Positions 1 through 9,957 of a stretch of 64,000 nucleotides of DNA are shown here, piece after piece. The translations under genes were made by a program, and so were the position numbers. The notes beneath the pieces are model-generated. The model made no database searches and was not told the DNA's origin. It saw nothing but the letters and a program-made list of their open reading frames with translations. How positions within the stretch are numbered: the first letter of the stretch is position 1; every line of letters begins with the position of its first letter. Source of the DNA: Macrostomum lignano (Eukaryota); assembly GCA_002269645.1 (NCBI GenBank), contig NIVC01001430.1, positions 62,001 to 126,000 of the forward strand, read 5' to 3'.

Positions 1-370
1 GAAGTGTACCACAGAACTGTCAGAAGAGATGTGATGCATGGCCGATCGCAACCGCTATTGGAATTTATATCACTTTTGGAAGAGCACTCTAGAGGCCGCC
101 TGCAGCATCGGGTGATTACTTCCGCAGCAGTTCACAGCTTCCGACGACGAGAATTGATAGACTTGGATTTCGACGGCGAGAATTCCGAGGAAGACTCCGT
201 TCCTACATGTATGAACAAAAGACAACGTACAATCGAGTCACCTGTGCCAGAAGCAGAGCAAGGTACAGAGTCGGTATTGACACCGATTCAGCACTCGTTT
301 GATGACAGTGCAGTTGAAGCTTCAGAAGCTCTCGTTGTAAACAAAAAAGCGAGCCACAGTACCGCTCCGA
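1..370 (+). mobile_element. Probable 3' part of a Mutator-like (MULE) transposase ORF, truncated by the window start
   Basis: Frame 1 begins EVYHRTVRRDVMHGRSQPLLEFISLLEEH, resembling the motif around the third acidic residue of MULE DDE transposases (E-x-[FY]-H-x-x-[LV]-[KR]...L-x-E-F-I-x-x-L), followed by an acidic low-complexity tail. Family assignment is by motif recall only; the end coordinate is approximate. Confidence 0.35.
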
Positions 371-1674
371 AGTACTTTCCAGTGGCCAAGTACTTCCGAA
401 GACATGGGAGAAGAGCTGGTCATCGGAACGTATCAGGAAACGAACAAAGAGGCTGCACGCGAATTGGTACACGTGACGAAAAACGAGAGGGCGACTGTTG
501 TGGTAGAAGCCGTGGTTACAGAGGACGTGGCCGTAGTAGCAGCGGCAGAAGAGGCCGTATTTGTGATGTCCAATTCGATGGTCTTAGCGACGCCCTAGGT
601 GGGGACAGATATGACGGCATAGAAGGCATCCATGACGATCGCGATGCTCAAGACGACGAGCAAGTAGCCGGCCATGTCAATATTTCTGAAGACACCCATG
701 TGGGCGAGGTCGGACATGAAGGCCACGGAAATAATTCTTTGCTTCAAGTGCCTCGGGATCTTTACGACTGCAGCGGCAAGGCACTGGTTGTGCCCGACCT
801 GCAGGCATGTGTCGAGTCGAGCTCATGGATTTCAGAGCTAGGGCTGAGCACAGCTGACAAGTGAGTAAAAGTGTACGTCTGAGCTTCTGAAACAGTGTGT
901 ACCAGGGGAAAACCAATCATTAATCGTTTTTATCTAGTGGCGGATTCAGGAGTTTTTTTGGATGTGGCGTGTTGCCTCTTACCAATAAAGAAAGGGGCGG
1001 GAGTTTTAACGACAAATAATGTCATGTAATGTAAATGTATTTGTATTCTTCCTCTTTCGACTTATATATATATATAAGGACGCAAAGATTATGTTGGCGT
1101 CTTGCGCGCACGCGCTCGCAGAAGAGACGAGAAGAACAGTTTGTGACAGATTGTGGGGTCAGGTTAATGGCTTGTAGGTCAGACTCTAGCGTGGCGGTCA
1201 GCGTGGCGGTCCGGCCTTGGCCCCATCGGAGACGCTCGGTTGGCTGATGTAGCACGGTGAGCGCCAGCGGGTTTTGCTCCCCTCTGCCGTAGCTGCGGAG
1301 GCAGTGGCCGACGAGCATTAGCCGGCACCGCTGGAGGGTGGTACCCTCCCTCCAGCGGTGGTACCCTCCCTACCAAATTTGCATTTTGGTAGCCGCGCTT
1401 CTCCTAAATTCACCCTGCTGTATTCCATTGGAGCTCAAATTGCTCTCACATACCGAAGAAAAAATGAACCAGGGTAAAAAATTCCTTAATCGATCTCAAC
1501 TCCCGTCTCGTCTGTGTGTAATTTTAGCACTAAGTATCGATATTAGGCTAAGCCCTTTTTACTTTCTTTTGTCCGCTACTGTGGATGTGAAATAGAATGC
1601 TTTGATGTTTTATGTATAGATACGAGTATACGAAAACACAGATTGCTATGTCGCCTACTCGTAATGTTTCAGAG

Positions 1675-2410
1675 CAAGCATTGAAGCGACGCACGGCCAG
1701 CTCACTGGTGAAGTATTGACCGCGGTATTCGTGCTTTTACGCACAGCAACTCCCGACATTGCTGGGCTAGCTAACCCAGCTATTCTTCATCACAAGGATG
1801 TACACGTTGAAGAAGGTAACTTCTATCATAGCGATTTCTACGATACAAGATTTTGCAATTGATTACCACTTGTTGCGCGAAATTTTGTCATACGCTCGTA
1901 CATCATGATTTTAAAGCTTGTTCAAATGACTTCTGCCATCAATCGCTTTGTACAGCAATTATTCGGACTACATTTAGACATCGCATACATGTATTTTCCC
2001 TAGGAAAGAAGTTCATTCAGGCTGTTCACGACATTCAACGCGGTCACTGGTTCCTGATGTCCAACTTGACTCAATCGCTAGTTATCTACGACTCGAACCC
2101 CCCATCCCAGGAGTTGGATGATGACGTAGTCCGCCAAATCGCAGCTTTTGTGGCGGACAGAAAAGCGACATTAAGGCTGGATTTTGCGAACGTCGCCCGA
2201 CAGAAGCGGGCACTGGACTGCGGGCTCTACACGATCGCTTTCGCAGTGTCGCTAGCCAACAACATCGATCCGATGATGTGCAATTTCGCCGCGGAGCAAA
2301 TGCGACCACACTTACTGGAGTGTTTAGAGCAAAGGAAGATGCGCCCCTTCCCGGTTACCAGTTGGCGAAGCTTCAGACGCAGCGTTTCTGGGATTATGTT
2401 TCTGGGATAA
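1675..2410 (+). CDS. Spliced Ulp1/SENP-like (C48-type) cysteine protease domain of the kind carried by DNA transposons; 5' end not defined
   Basis: Exon ~1675-1815 (SIEATHGQLTGEVLTAVFVLLRTATPDIAGLANPAILHHKDVHVEE-G, donor GTAAC at 1816) joins in phase 1 to exon 2004-2410 (acceptor TTTTCCCTAG): KKFIQAVHDIQRGHW...IYDS...Q..ALDCGLYTIAFA..L....DP...F..EQMRPHLLECLEQRKMRPFP. Catalytic His (GHW), Asp (YDS), oxyanion Gln and Cys (DCG) are all present. Confidence 0.75.
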
Positions 2411-3544
2411 ACATAAAACATAATGTACACAACGGATTGATCCGATTGGAAGAATTACGAGATTCCAAGCGAATGTGACAACATACTAGCTTGAGAGTTG
2501 AGTATGCATGGATTAGGATGACAAAAACGGATCATTAACTCATGAGTCAACATGCCTATCCGTAAATTGCACACGCTATCGGAAGATAATGTAGCCTAAT
2601 GTGACCAGAAAAGCTAGTTCTAGAAGAATAAACAGCTACGTGACCTGCTGATGGCGCCGGTTGCTGCGGCGGAGTTCCATCGCATAGAAACCTGTGTCTT
2701 GCTTCAAGCACTTTTGTAGTATCGGGTGACGCTCCATTTGTTGGCTCTTGCGTCTGATGCGTTTCACCCGGCCAACATATGCTGCTGACGCCCTCAGCGA
2801 CGAGACTCCACATTGATTGGCGTTACAAAAGATGATCGATCAGCACATTAGTGGTTGTCAGCGCCAACCACTAATGTCTATAAATCAACTGATGCATTTA
2901 CCGATTCTCCAGGTTCCACAGATTCCGTGTCCGAAGAGCCGGCGGAGGATATTGCATCCGAAGCAATTTCTGCAGCTACAGCGTTAAGCAATTCAGGCTC
3001 TCCACGGCTGTGTAGTACAGAAATGGCCTGCGTGGCTACCAACATCAGGTGTGTAGAGGGCATGTCAGAGCATCGCAGAACATCTTCAAAACCGACCTGA
3101 GCTACATGTTCATCTTGAACAATGCCTATCTGCTCAGCGATGATAAATCGCATAAACCGTACACCAGCCTCGAAGTGCTGCTGTTTTACACTGCGTGTGT
3201 TGGGAATGCCATGCGTAAACAGTACCCAAGCACAGCCATGTGAGTGGCCTACAAAGGCCAACCTTCCCCTCAACGTCGTTGCCTTAGGTGAAACAGAATT
3301 GGCCTCCCGTGTCTTAATGCTCACTTTCAAGCCTCAAAAGCAGGGGCATAACTGTCGGCCAAAGACGCTAGCTGGGTAGCCTCATGATATTCCAGCCGCA
3401 AAGCCACTTCTGCATGCGGACAATTGACCTCTCGCCCAATCTTAAACGTCGGCGACTTCAACGCAACAGTGTGCCACTGCAAAGTAGAAAACGTCATTCA
3501 ATTAAATGACGAGCATAAGGAATGAATAATTCAGTAGACAAAAG

Positions 3545-3977
3545 TACCTCTTAAAGAGGTATTGATAATTGAATATCGAAAGTGTACCTCTTAAAGGGGT
3601 ACAGACAATTCGATAGCCAAATATACCTTTTAAAGAGGTATTGATAATTAAATATTCAAATGTACCTCTTGAAGGGGTAGTGATAATTCAATAGCTAAGA
3701 GTACCCCTTGAAAGGCTATGAATGCAAAGACAAAAGTATCTCTTGAAGGGGTACCAATAGTTCTAGAAGCCAAAAGTCCGTCTTAAAGGGGGGCATGAAT
3801 ATTTACCTTGAAGTTGAATAGACGAAAGGGTGGAGATATTTCAATAGACAAAAGTGACCCTTTAAATGGGTATGGATAATTTAATAGCTAAAAGTTTAAC
3901 GGGGTATAGATAATTAAAAAGCCAAGAGTATCTCATTTTTATGAATAATTACTCACGTGTACCTCTTAAAAAGGTAT
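3545..3977. repeat. Degenerate ~39-40 bp tandem array with a conserved 17-bp palindromic core TACCTCTT-N-AAGAGGTA
   Basis: Cores start at 3545, 3585, 3624, 3663, 3702, 3737, 3777, with weaker copies to ~3977. The first core TACCTCTTAAAGAGGTA is a perfect 8-1-8 inverted repeat; spacers are more divergent. Confidence 0.85.
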
Positions 3978-4179
3978 AGGTCAAATACCTCCTAACTAGG
4001 CTTTTACCTAGTCTCTTAAATATATCCCCATTCTGACACAAAGTTTTACTTAGTCTTTTGCATTTGTAAGGATATTATATTTTATCCTATCATTGATCAC
4101 AAAATGTTGTTATAGAGACATTATTTCGCTGTTTCTAATAAATGTGTTGATCACTATCAATATCAATAGTCATAGGGTC

Positions 4180-4330
4180 TCTTCAATCAGCAGCACCCCT
4201 TCAAGAGGTGTCAGCATCTCTTCAATCAGTACCAATGCCCCTTCAAGAGGTGTCAGCATCTCTTCAATCAGCATCCCTTCAAGAGGTGTTAGCATCTCTT
4301 TAATCAGCATCCCTTCAAGAGATGCTAGCA
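4180..4330. repeat. Four-copy ~33-42 bp tandem repeat containing CCCTTCAAGAGG, the reverse complement of the CCTCTTGAAGGG core variant in the preceding array
   Basis: TCTTCAATCAGCATCCCTTCAAGAGGTGTCAGCATC-type units read directly from the sequence. Confidence 0.75.
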
Positions 4331-7300
4331 AATCTGTATTATCACTCTAGATATGAGATTAATTATACCTAACTAAAATTTGCAAAATAAAAAGTTTTTG
4401 TATATGTACACATTTAACTGAACCCTCTTTCAATTGGAAGTTAGCAAGAGAGTTGGTAAATGAATTCAATAATAATTAACATTGTTAAGTTATTGATCAA
4501 CTTAAAAGAGTTTCAGTAGACAATAGTAAAAGCCTACTAATACAATAGAAAGACTGCTAATGTAATATACTTCAACACATATATATTATAAATAATTAGA
4601 CATAATACTAAGCAATATCAATTATATATAAGTGAAAAAAGAAAGGCAATGTTAATATTAAAATTAAAAAGATTTTAAAAAGGAGCTATCTAACAAGCCA
4701 AATAGCCTATTTTTAGGCCTAACCTGTTTCAAACTTGGCTCAACCTTTTTCTAAACTTGTTAATCTAATAAATTTAGAAATCTTAGTAAATTTTCAAAAG
4801 AGTAAAGTAGAAACAAATTATATCATATATACAAATATACACGGAATACCAAAGAGATGAAAGTGAAACAAAGTAGATCTTAGGAATACAATAAATACTA
4901 AGAAGGCTTTTTTGACTCTCTAATCTTGGGAATTGCCTGATAACTAGATAGTTGAATTCGAATGGCTCTTCTTATAAATTTCTTAGCAGTTAATCTAAGA
5001 AATACATATAAAAATTCTAGGTCAATAGTAGACCTAGAAGGTACATACTAAGAATGTTATTAGTATATAGTAAGATTTATAGTACTAAAATATTTTGCAA
5101 ATATATTGTATAGATATATTTAGCTTTGAAAAGTTGCATTATTTAAGACTTTGGATCTACCAAATTTTATATATGAACATGCTTCTATTGCATTTTCATA
5201 GCTTATTTTAAATAAAAATCAGGTCTAATTTTAACATTTAACTATTATTAAGAGATAGAAATTTTATGTCCAAATGAGGCTATGCTCGTACCATATTGTA
5301 GGCCTATACAAGAGGTTTTGTCCATGACAAATTTTATAGAATGCATAAGTATATACAAGAAACAGTTTGCGCCTTTCTAAACTTCTTAAAGCTACAAATA
5401 ATATCATCTGACACGCCATACTCGTAGCGTAGCCTCAAATACTTGCAAGATGTTGTAAAAAAAGAAAACACCACACTATGGGCTATCCATATCCACGTGC
5501 CTGAGTTGGGGCCACTTGGGGGAATAAGGTAAACTTCTTTAGAGTATTTAAATGCTATTTTGGTTCATTTTCAGTTCAGTATATAAGCCAATATATATTT
5601 TTACGGTCCCTTCAGTGCTTTGCTACACCATTTCACTATACGGTAACAGAAACGTGCGATAAAATTAAATTCACGCCAATTTTGTTTATTCTTGCACATT
5701 TTCACCAGTGATTTTAGCTTGCGCAGGCAGCAGTTTAGAAAATTAACCCCCGCGCAAGATGAGTTACTTATTAAAGAATGTATGCTGAAAATAAAGTGGC
5801 ATGCGCAAGCTGCATAAAGAAGTTATTCGACACACCCTATATTACACCCCCTATAATAACAGAAAAATTTTTTTTTCATCAAACATAGACCAAATTAATA
5901 AGTATAATTAGACGCGCAAGAATTGCGCTCTTCTGCGCGACAGTTTAAGTATTTTTTCAATCGATATTTTTTTACAACATTTAGGGGGGTGTATTTTTGG
6001 TGGGTGAATTCCGTACTTAGTCGTGACTACTTGTCCCTTGATATTTGTAGAATTATTTTTGGCTACCTTCTAATTTTAGCAGTTACTCTGTTTAGAGTGC
6101 AGAGTGCAGCATGTACTCGATTACAATAATACGTGTTTTTCTTTTTCATTTTTGAATGTCTGTCTAACTGTTGCTTGACTTCAGGCGACTTTAGTTTTTG
6201 AGTATTGGCGCATATTTGTATAAATGTCTTATCCTGTCTATGAGACTATGACTAGGCCTACGAGTTATGAACTTATGAAATATCACATATTATATTATGA
6301 CAGTATAGAATGTAGCATATAGAGTATAGGACTCAGAAGGATTCAATGGTTGTATAGCCATCAGTAGCACAGCCAGAAATTTGTTGAGGGGTGGGTTAGA
6401 TTCTGCTCTGGAGGGTAGGCCTAGGTAAGGACCCAAGGGGCACTGACCATTTTGGCGAAAGAACATTTTGGCAAAGGATTTTTTGGCAAAAGACCTTTTG
6501 GAGAATCCACATTGGCAATTAGGAGCAATGACATTTGATTTGGTATATTTATGATAATCTTATATATTATATATATAAAGCTGAATAGGTGAACTAGCTG
6601 GGTTTAGGCCTAGGGCCTAATGCATATCTCCTCCTATCCTAGACAGCTGGCAACTCAAATGCAGGACACATAAAATATCAATGCAGAATTTTTCTACACA
6701 ACAAATAGGCTATTTTAATGTTTAAATTTTCAAAATTAAGTCTATTAGTATTAGGCCCTATATTAAAAAAGCAGAAAACTGTTTTCTTAATTTTCTTTGG
6801 CCTTTATCTGCTCTAAACTGAAAATTTGCATCAATTTTGAATGATTGTGCCACAACTTTTTCTTATCTTGCCAGTGTATTTTCTCTCTAGTAGGGTGATA
6901 GGGGCATTCAAAGTAGCTGCATATGTATACTTGGACCCTTGCTAACTAGTGGTGGCGGTGGTGAAATTCAATGCATAAATTTGCGAGCTTCTCATTATAG
7001 CAGGCAATGAATGTACACTTAAAAATTCAATGCTTTAAACTAGAAAATTTCAAACACTAACTATTCCTCAAGTTTTGAACTTTAAGAGAAGAGATTTATA
7101 TTGTTGGAAAGATCTTTTAATGTTGAGTTTGGGGATATAAGTTGTTTGCTTTAAGTATAAAAACTAAAAGCACAATATTCAAAAATGATTTCCATACTTT
7201 TAACTTTCTATAAAGATTATACTTATTTTTGTAAGATGCAATAGATAAATTTGTAGGCTTTAACTTCTAATTGCCATTGTATATTAAAGGGTTGATTTAG

Positions 7301-7712
7301 ATTATATAATCTTTTTGGTAAATTTAACTGACTGATATTGACTGACTAAAGAATCAATTTTGCAATTAATTGGTTCAATTGTTTCATTTTTTTATCATTG
7401 GCACCTTTTAACAGGCAGCACTATGCAGCTCTAACTATAACCCTAACCACTGAATCCTTTTCTTTGCATATATTAAGGTAGACAATTAGAAAGTCTTTTT
7501 TAATATATTTTAATTTAATAGAGTATTGATTAAATTGATGGATTTCTGCTTCAAGGAGATAGTATTGATAGATATTTGTTTATCAAAGTGAATTTTGATG
7601 AATATTAACATACATGTGCAACCTCCAAAATTTGGTTGGCCATGCAACTTAGTTTTTGGCCAAAAATACAACTTACATGTAAAAAAACGCTAAAGCAAAA
7701 TTATTGCAACTT

Positions 7713-7777
7713 CGGGTAAATGGCAGGAGTAACTATAACTATCTTATTAAGCCAAAATGCCTTATCAGCTACTTAGT
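7713..7777 (+). pseudogene. Decayed 28S (LSU) rRNA fragment spanning the R2 retrotransposon / I-PpoI target site
   Basis: CGGGTAAATGGCAGGAGTAACTATAACTATCTTATTAAGCCAAAATGCCTTATCAGCTACTTAGT aligns to the conserved eukaryotic LSU sequence CGGGTAAACGGCGGGAGTAACTATGACTCTCTTAAGGTAGCCAAATGCCTCGTCATCTAATTAGT (recalled): 30/34 identical in the first block, roughly 80% overall. Confidence 0.8.
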
Positions 7778-7910
7778 ACTACTACTTGAGTGTTTTTTTT
7801 TGGGTGGGCATTTTTGCAACTTCTTTGGTTGGCTGCCAAATTGGTTGGCCGGATTGGCCAACTCGGCCGACTGTTGCGCATGTATGAATATTAGTTTCAT
7901 GAAGAGGATT

Positions 7911-9202
7911 TTAATAAATATCTATTTGAAAAAAAGGATTTTGATAGATTTCTATTCCATAATGCCAATGGCAATTACATGGCAAGATGCCAATGTAGCA
8001 CTCTAAAGCGTTGCTACTGTGCCCGGTCACACGTGCTATGTCAGCTCGTTGCACGCCAGCCTCGTTCAGGGTGGTAGCGCAGGTCTTGCGTAGACTTTGA
8101 TTCGTGTAGCATGTACCATTACCAGGCGAAACATTGTTCACTAAAGTCTTGACAGTGTCAGCCAGGGTGTGCCGTCCCATTGGCGTCCGCATAAACCACT
8201 CGGCGCGGCTGTCTGGCTTCCACTGACAATTGCATGACAAGATAAGAGCTTCATGGCACTCACGTGGCCGATGCGCGCAGTAGTCCGTGTACACACAGAC
8301 AATGCACCTGGCATGATCTTCGGTGTAGAAAGCTCTGACAACCTTGGGTTCGCGACGAAGGCCCTTTAGGCCGCCTTGATTGGATTTCGTTCCAGCGTTG
8401 TCTCTATAAACCAAGCAGAATTCATTGTCTACCTTCTCCAGTTGGATTTGGCGGTTGTACACCAGATTACGCAGTTCGGATCCCCCGCGGAGAGTAAAGT
8501 GCTTACGCACCAGATCAGAGTACTCACTAGCTGTTTTGGCGTATCCCGACCAAGCATGCCACTTTGCCACAGCTTGTCTTCTATGCTGGCAGGAACAGGC
8601 TCAGCTCTACGCAGTCCACTACCTCTGCCCTCTCGAGTACTTATCTTCATTAAAGCGTCCAACGCCCATCTACTCTCAGCAAATTTCACATCCTTCCACA
8701 GGCTAAACGGTTTCTTGCAGTCGTTGACTAGGTAGTACTGCAACATACTGAAAAAGTCCTTCAACGTAGAAGCAGTGTACCGAGAGCCACTCTTTGTACA
8801 AACCTCCAGTATGAACCATTTAAGTAGATAGTTAGGGTCCGATTTGCTCATGTCGGCAAGATCGGCAAGAATCATCAGAGCAGGACCACCATTAGATTCG
8901 GATTTTGCCCACTGTTCCTTCTTCTTTTCGTGCCAGCGTCGAAAAGCTTCCACCATCCATTGACACTTCTTCTTTGTTCCCTCCGGAATAACAGATTTAA
9001 TTATTTCTTCTAGCCTCTGCTCCTCGCTAGCAAACTCCAATTCTCCATCTGTAGGAACACCTGTAGCACTCAATAAATCGTCGATTGTCGCAAAGTCAAG
9101 TGGCATAAAGTCGATCCCGAGATCAAAATCTAAATCCATGCTTGTGATTGTTGCGTTGTTCAAATAAAGTTGCAAACTAAAGAGTAAAGAAAGATCGTGC
9201 AT
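7911..9202 (-). mobile_element. Crypton DNA transposon, tyrosine recombinase (DUF3504-type), split by a frameshift
   Basis: ORF 9202-8429 (IPEGTKKKCQWMVEAFRRW...LKWFILEV..KSGSRY...L..FFSMLQYYL...ALDA.MK...EG.G...RRAEP....EDKLWQSGMLGRDTPKQL) and ORF 8570-7911 (KHFTLRGGSELRNL...KSNQGGLK...WFMRTPMGRHTL...YTNQSLRKTCATTL.EAG...IARVTGHSSNALECY) form one CryptonA-like recombinase when joined at TGG TGC GT AAG CAC (~8505). Confidence 0.9.
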
Positions 9203-9300
9203 GGGTCTTCTCTAGGTGAGGACCTATACTAAAAAGAAGTCTTGACCATAGACACTTACAACACGACTCTGACGGACCGACCAAATGAGGCAGAAATCTA

Positions 9301-9436
9301 TTCTTTCCGTTTCATTGATTCTTTGGTCCAAACCGCTTAGGCTTTCAACTCGATTCCAGGCCTCGGCTACACCTCGGCCAAGAAACGAGTTCTCAGCCAA
9401 GCGGTTTGGACCAAAGAAGTAAAGAAACGGAAAGAA
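9301..9436. other. Long imperfect inverted repeat (~50-bp arms, 33-nt loop)
   Basis: Arm 9301-9352 TTCTTTCCGTTTCATTGATTCTTTGGTCCAAACCGCTTAGGCTTTCAACTCG pairs with arm 9386-9436 CGAGTTCTCAGCCAAGCGGTTTGGACCAAAGAAGTAAAGAAACGGAAAGAA, including 20-bp and 13-bp perfect blocks. Confidence 0.85.
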
Positions 9437-9957
9437 CTTATACATCTTTAAAAATGCCAGTCCTAAAGAATGCCTACATAGACACAAGATACTCCTGCTG
9501 ATTCTCTCCTATCATGTCAACAAAACGATGTCTAGCAGGTTGATCAATACTAATCTTGCATGGACCTTGTAACCTCTGGTTCGATTCTACTCATGGCAAC
9601 ATTAATTTGGAGCTTGTGTATAAAAATTAGTTGAAGGGTTTTTTGCCCGATTCATACACATAAGGGCCAATTTCCAAGTGACAAAGAGTTGTACATGTAC
9701 ACACTCGTTTGATGATTAGAAAGTCAAGGGCCACTGTACACCCAGTGTGAGCGTGTTTATGAGTGCGTGCTCAGGAGCCAGTTGAATTTAAACAGAATTA
9801 CCTCAGTGCTAAGTTCTGATAAGATACAAGTAATTGCAGAAGATTAATTTGTAGCCAAATTTTGGAATCTATCCTTTTTTCTATAGTCTGTTGTCTTACG
9901 TTTAAATTGCTGACATTTGCAAAGTACTAAGTCAGCCTGTTTGTCAGCCAGTCAGTC

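Noticed and set aside
404-916. Overlapping short ORFs on both strands, including a hydrophobic - strand frame (...MAGYLLVVLSIAIVMDAFYAVISVPT)
   Set aside because: Coding strand cannot be decided and no family is recognisable; not reported as a gene.
3545-3977. CRISPR-like appearance (palindromic repeat with variable spacers)
   Set aside because: Repeats are degenerate, spacers are ~20 bp and partly similar to each other, no cas genes, eukaryotic context. The 76-bp array at 51373-51842 fails for the same reasons (spacers nearly identical).
4350-5560. AT-rich stretch that might be a decayed transposase or reverse transcriptase frame
   Set aside because: Stop density is about what AT-rich DNA gives by chance and no recognisable motif was found.
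5843-5992. Short inverted repeat TACACCCCCTA / TAGGGGGGTGTA suggesting a MITE
   Set aside because: Only ~11 bp of pairing and no target-site duplication identified.
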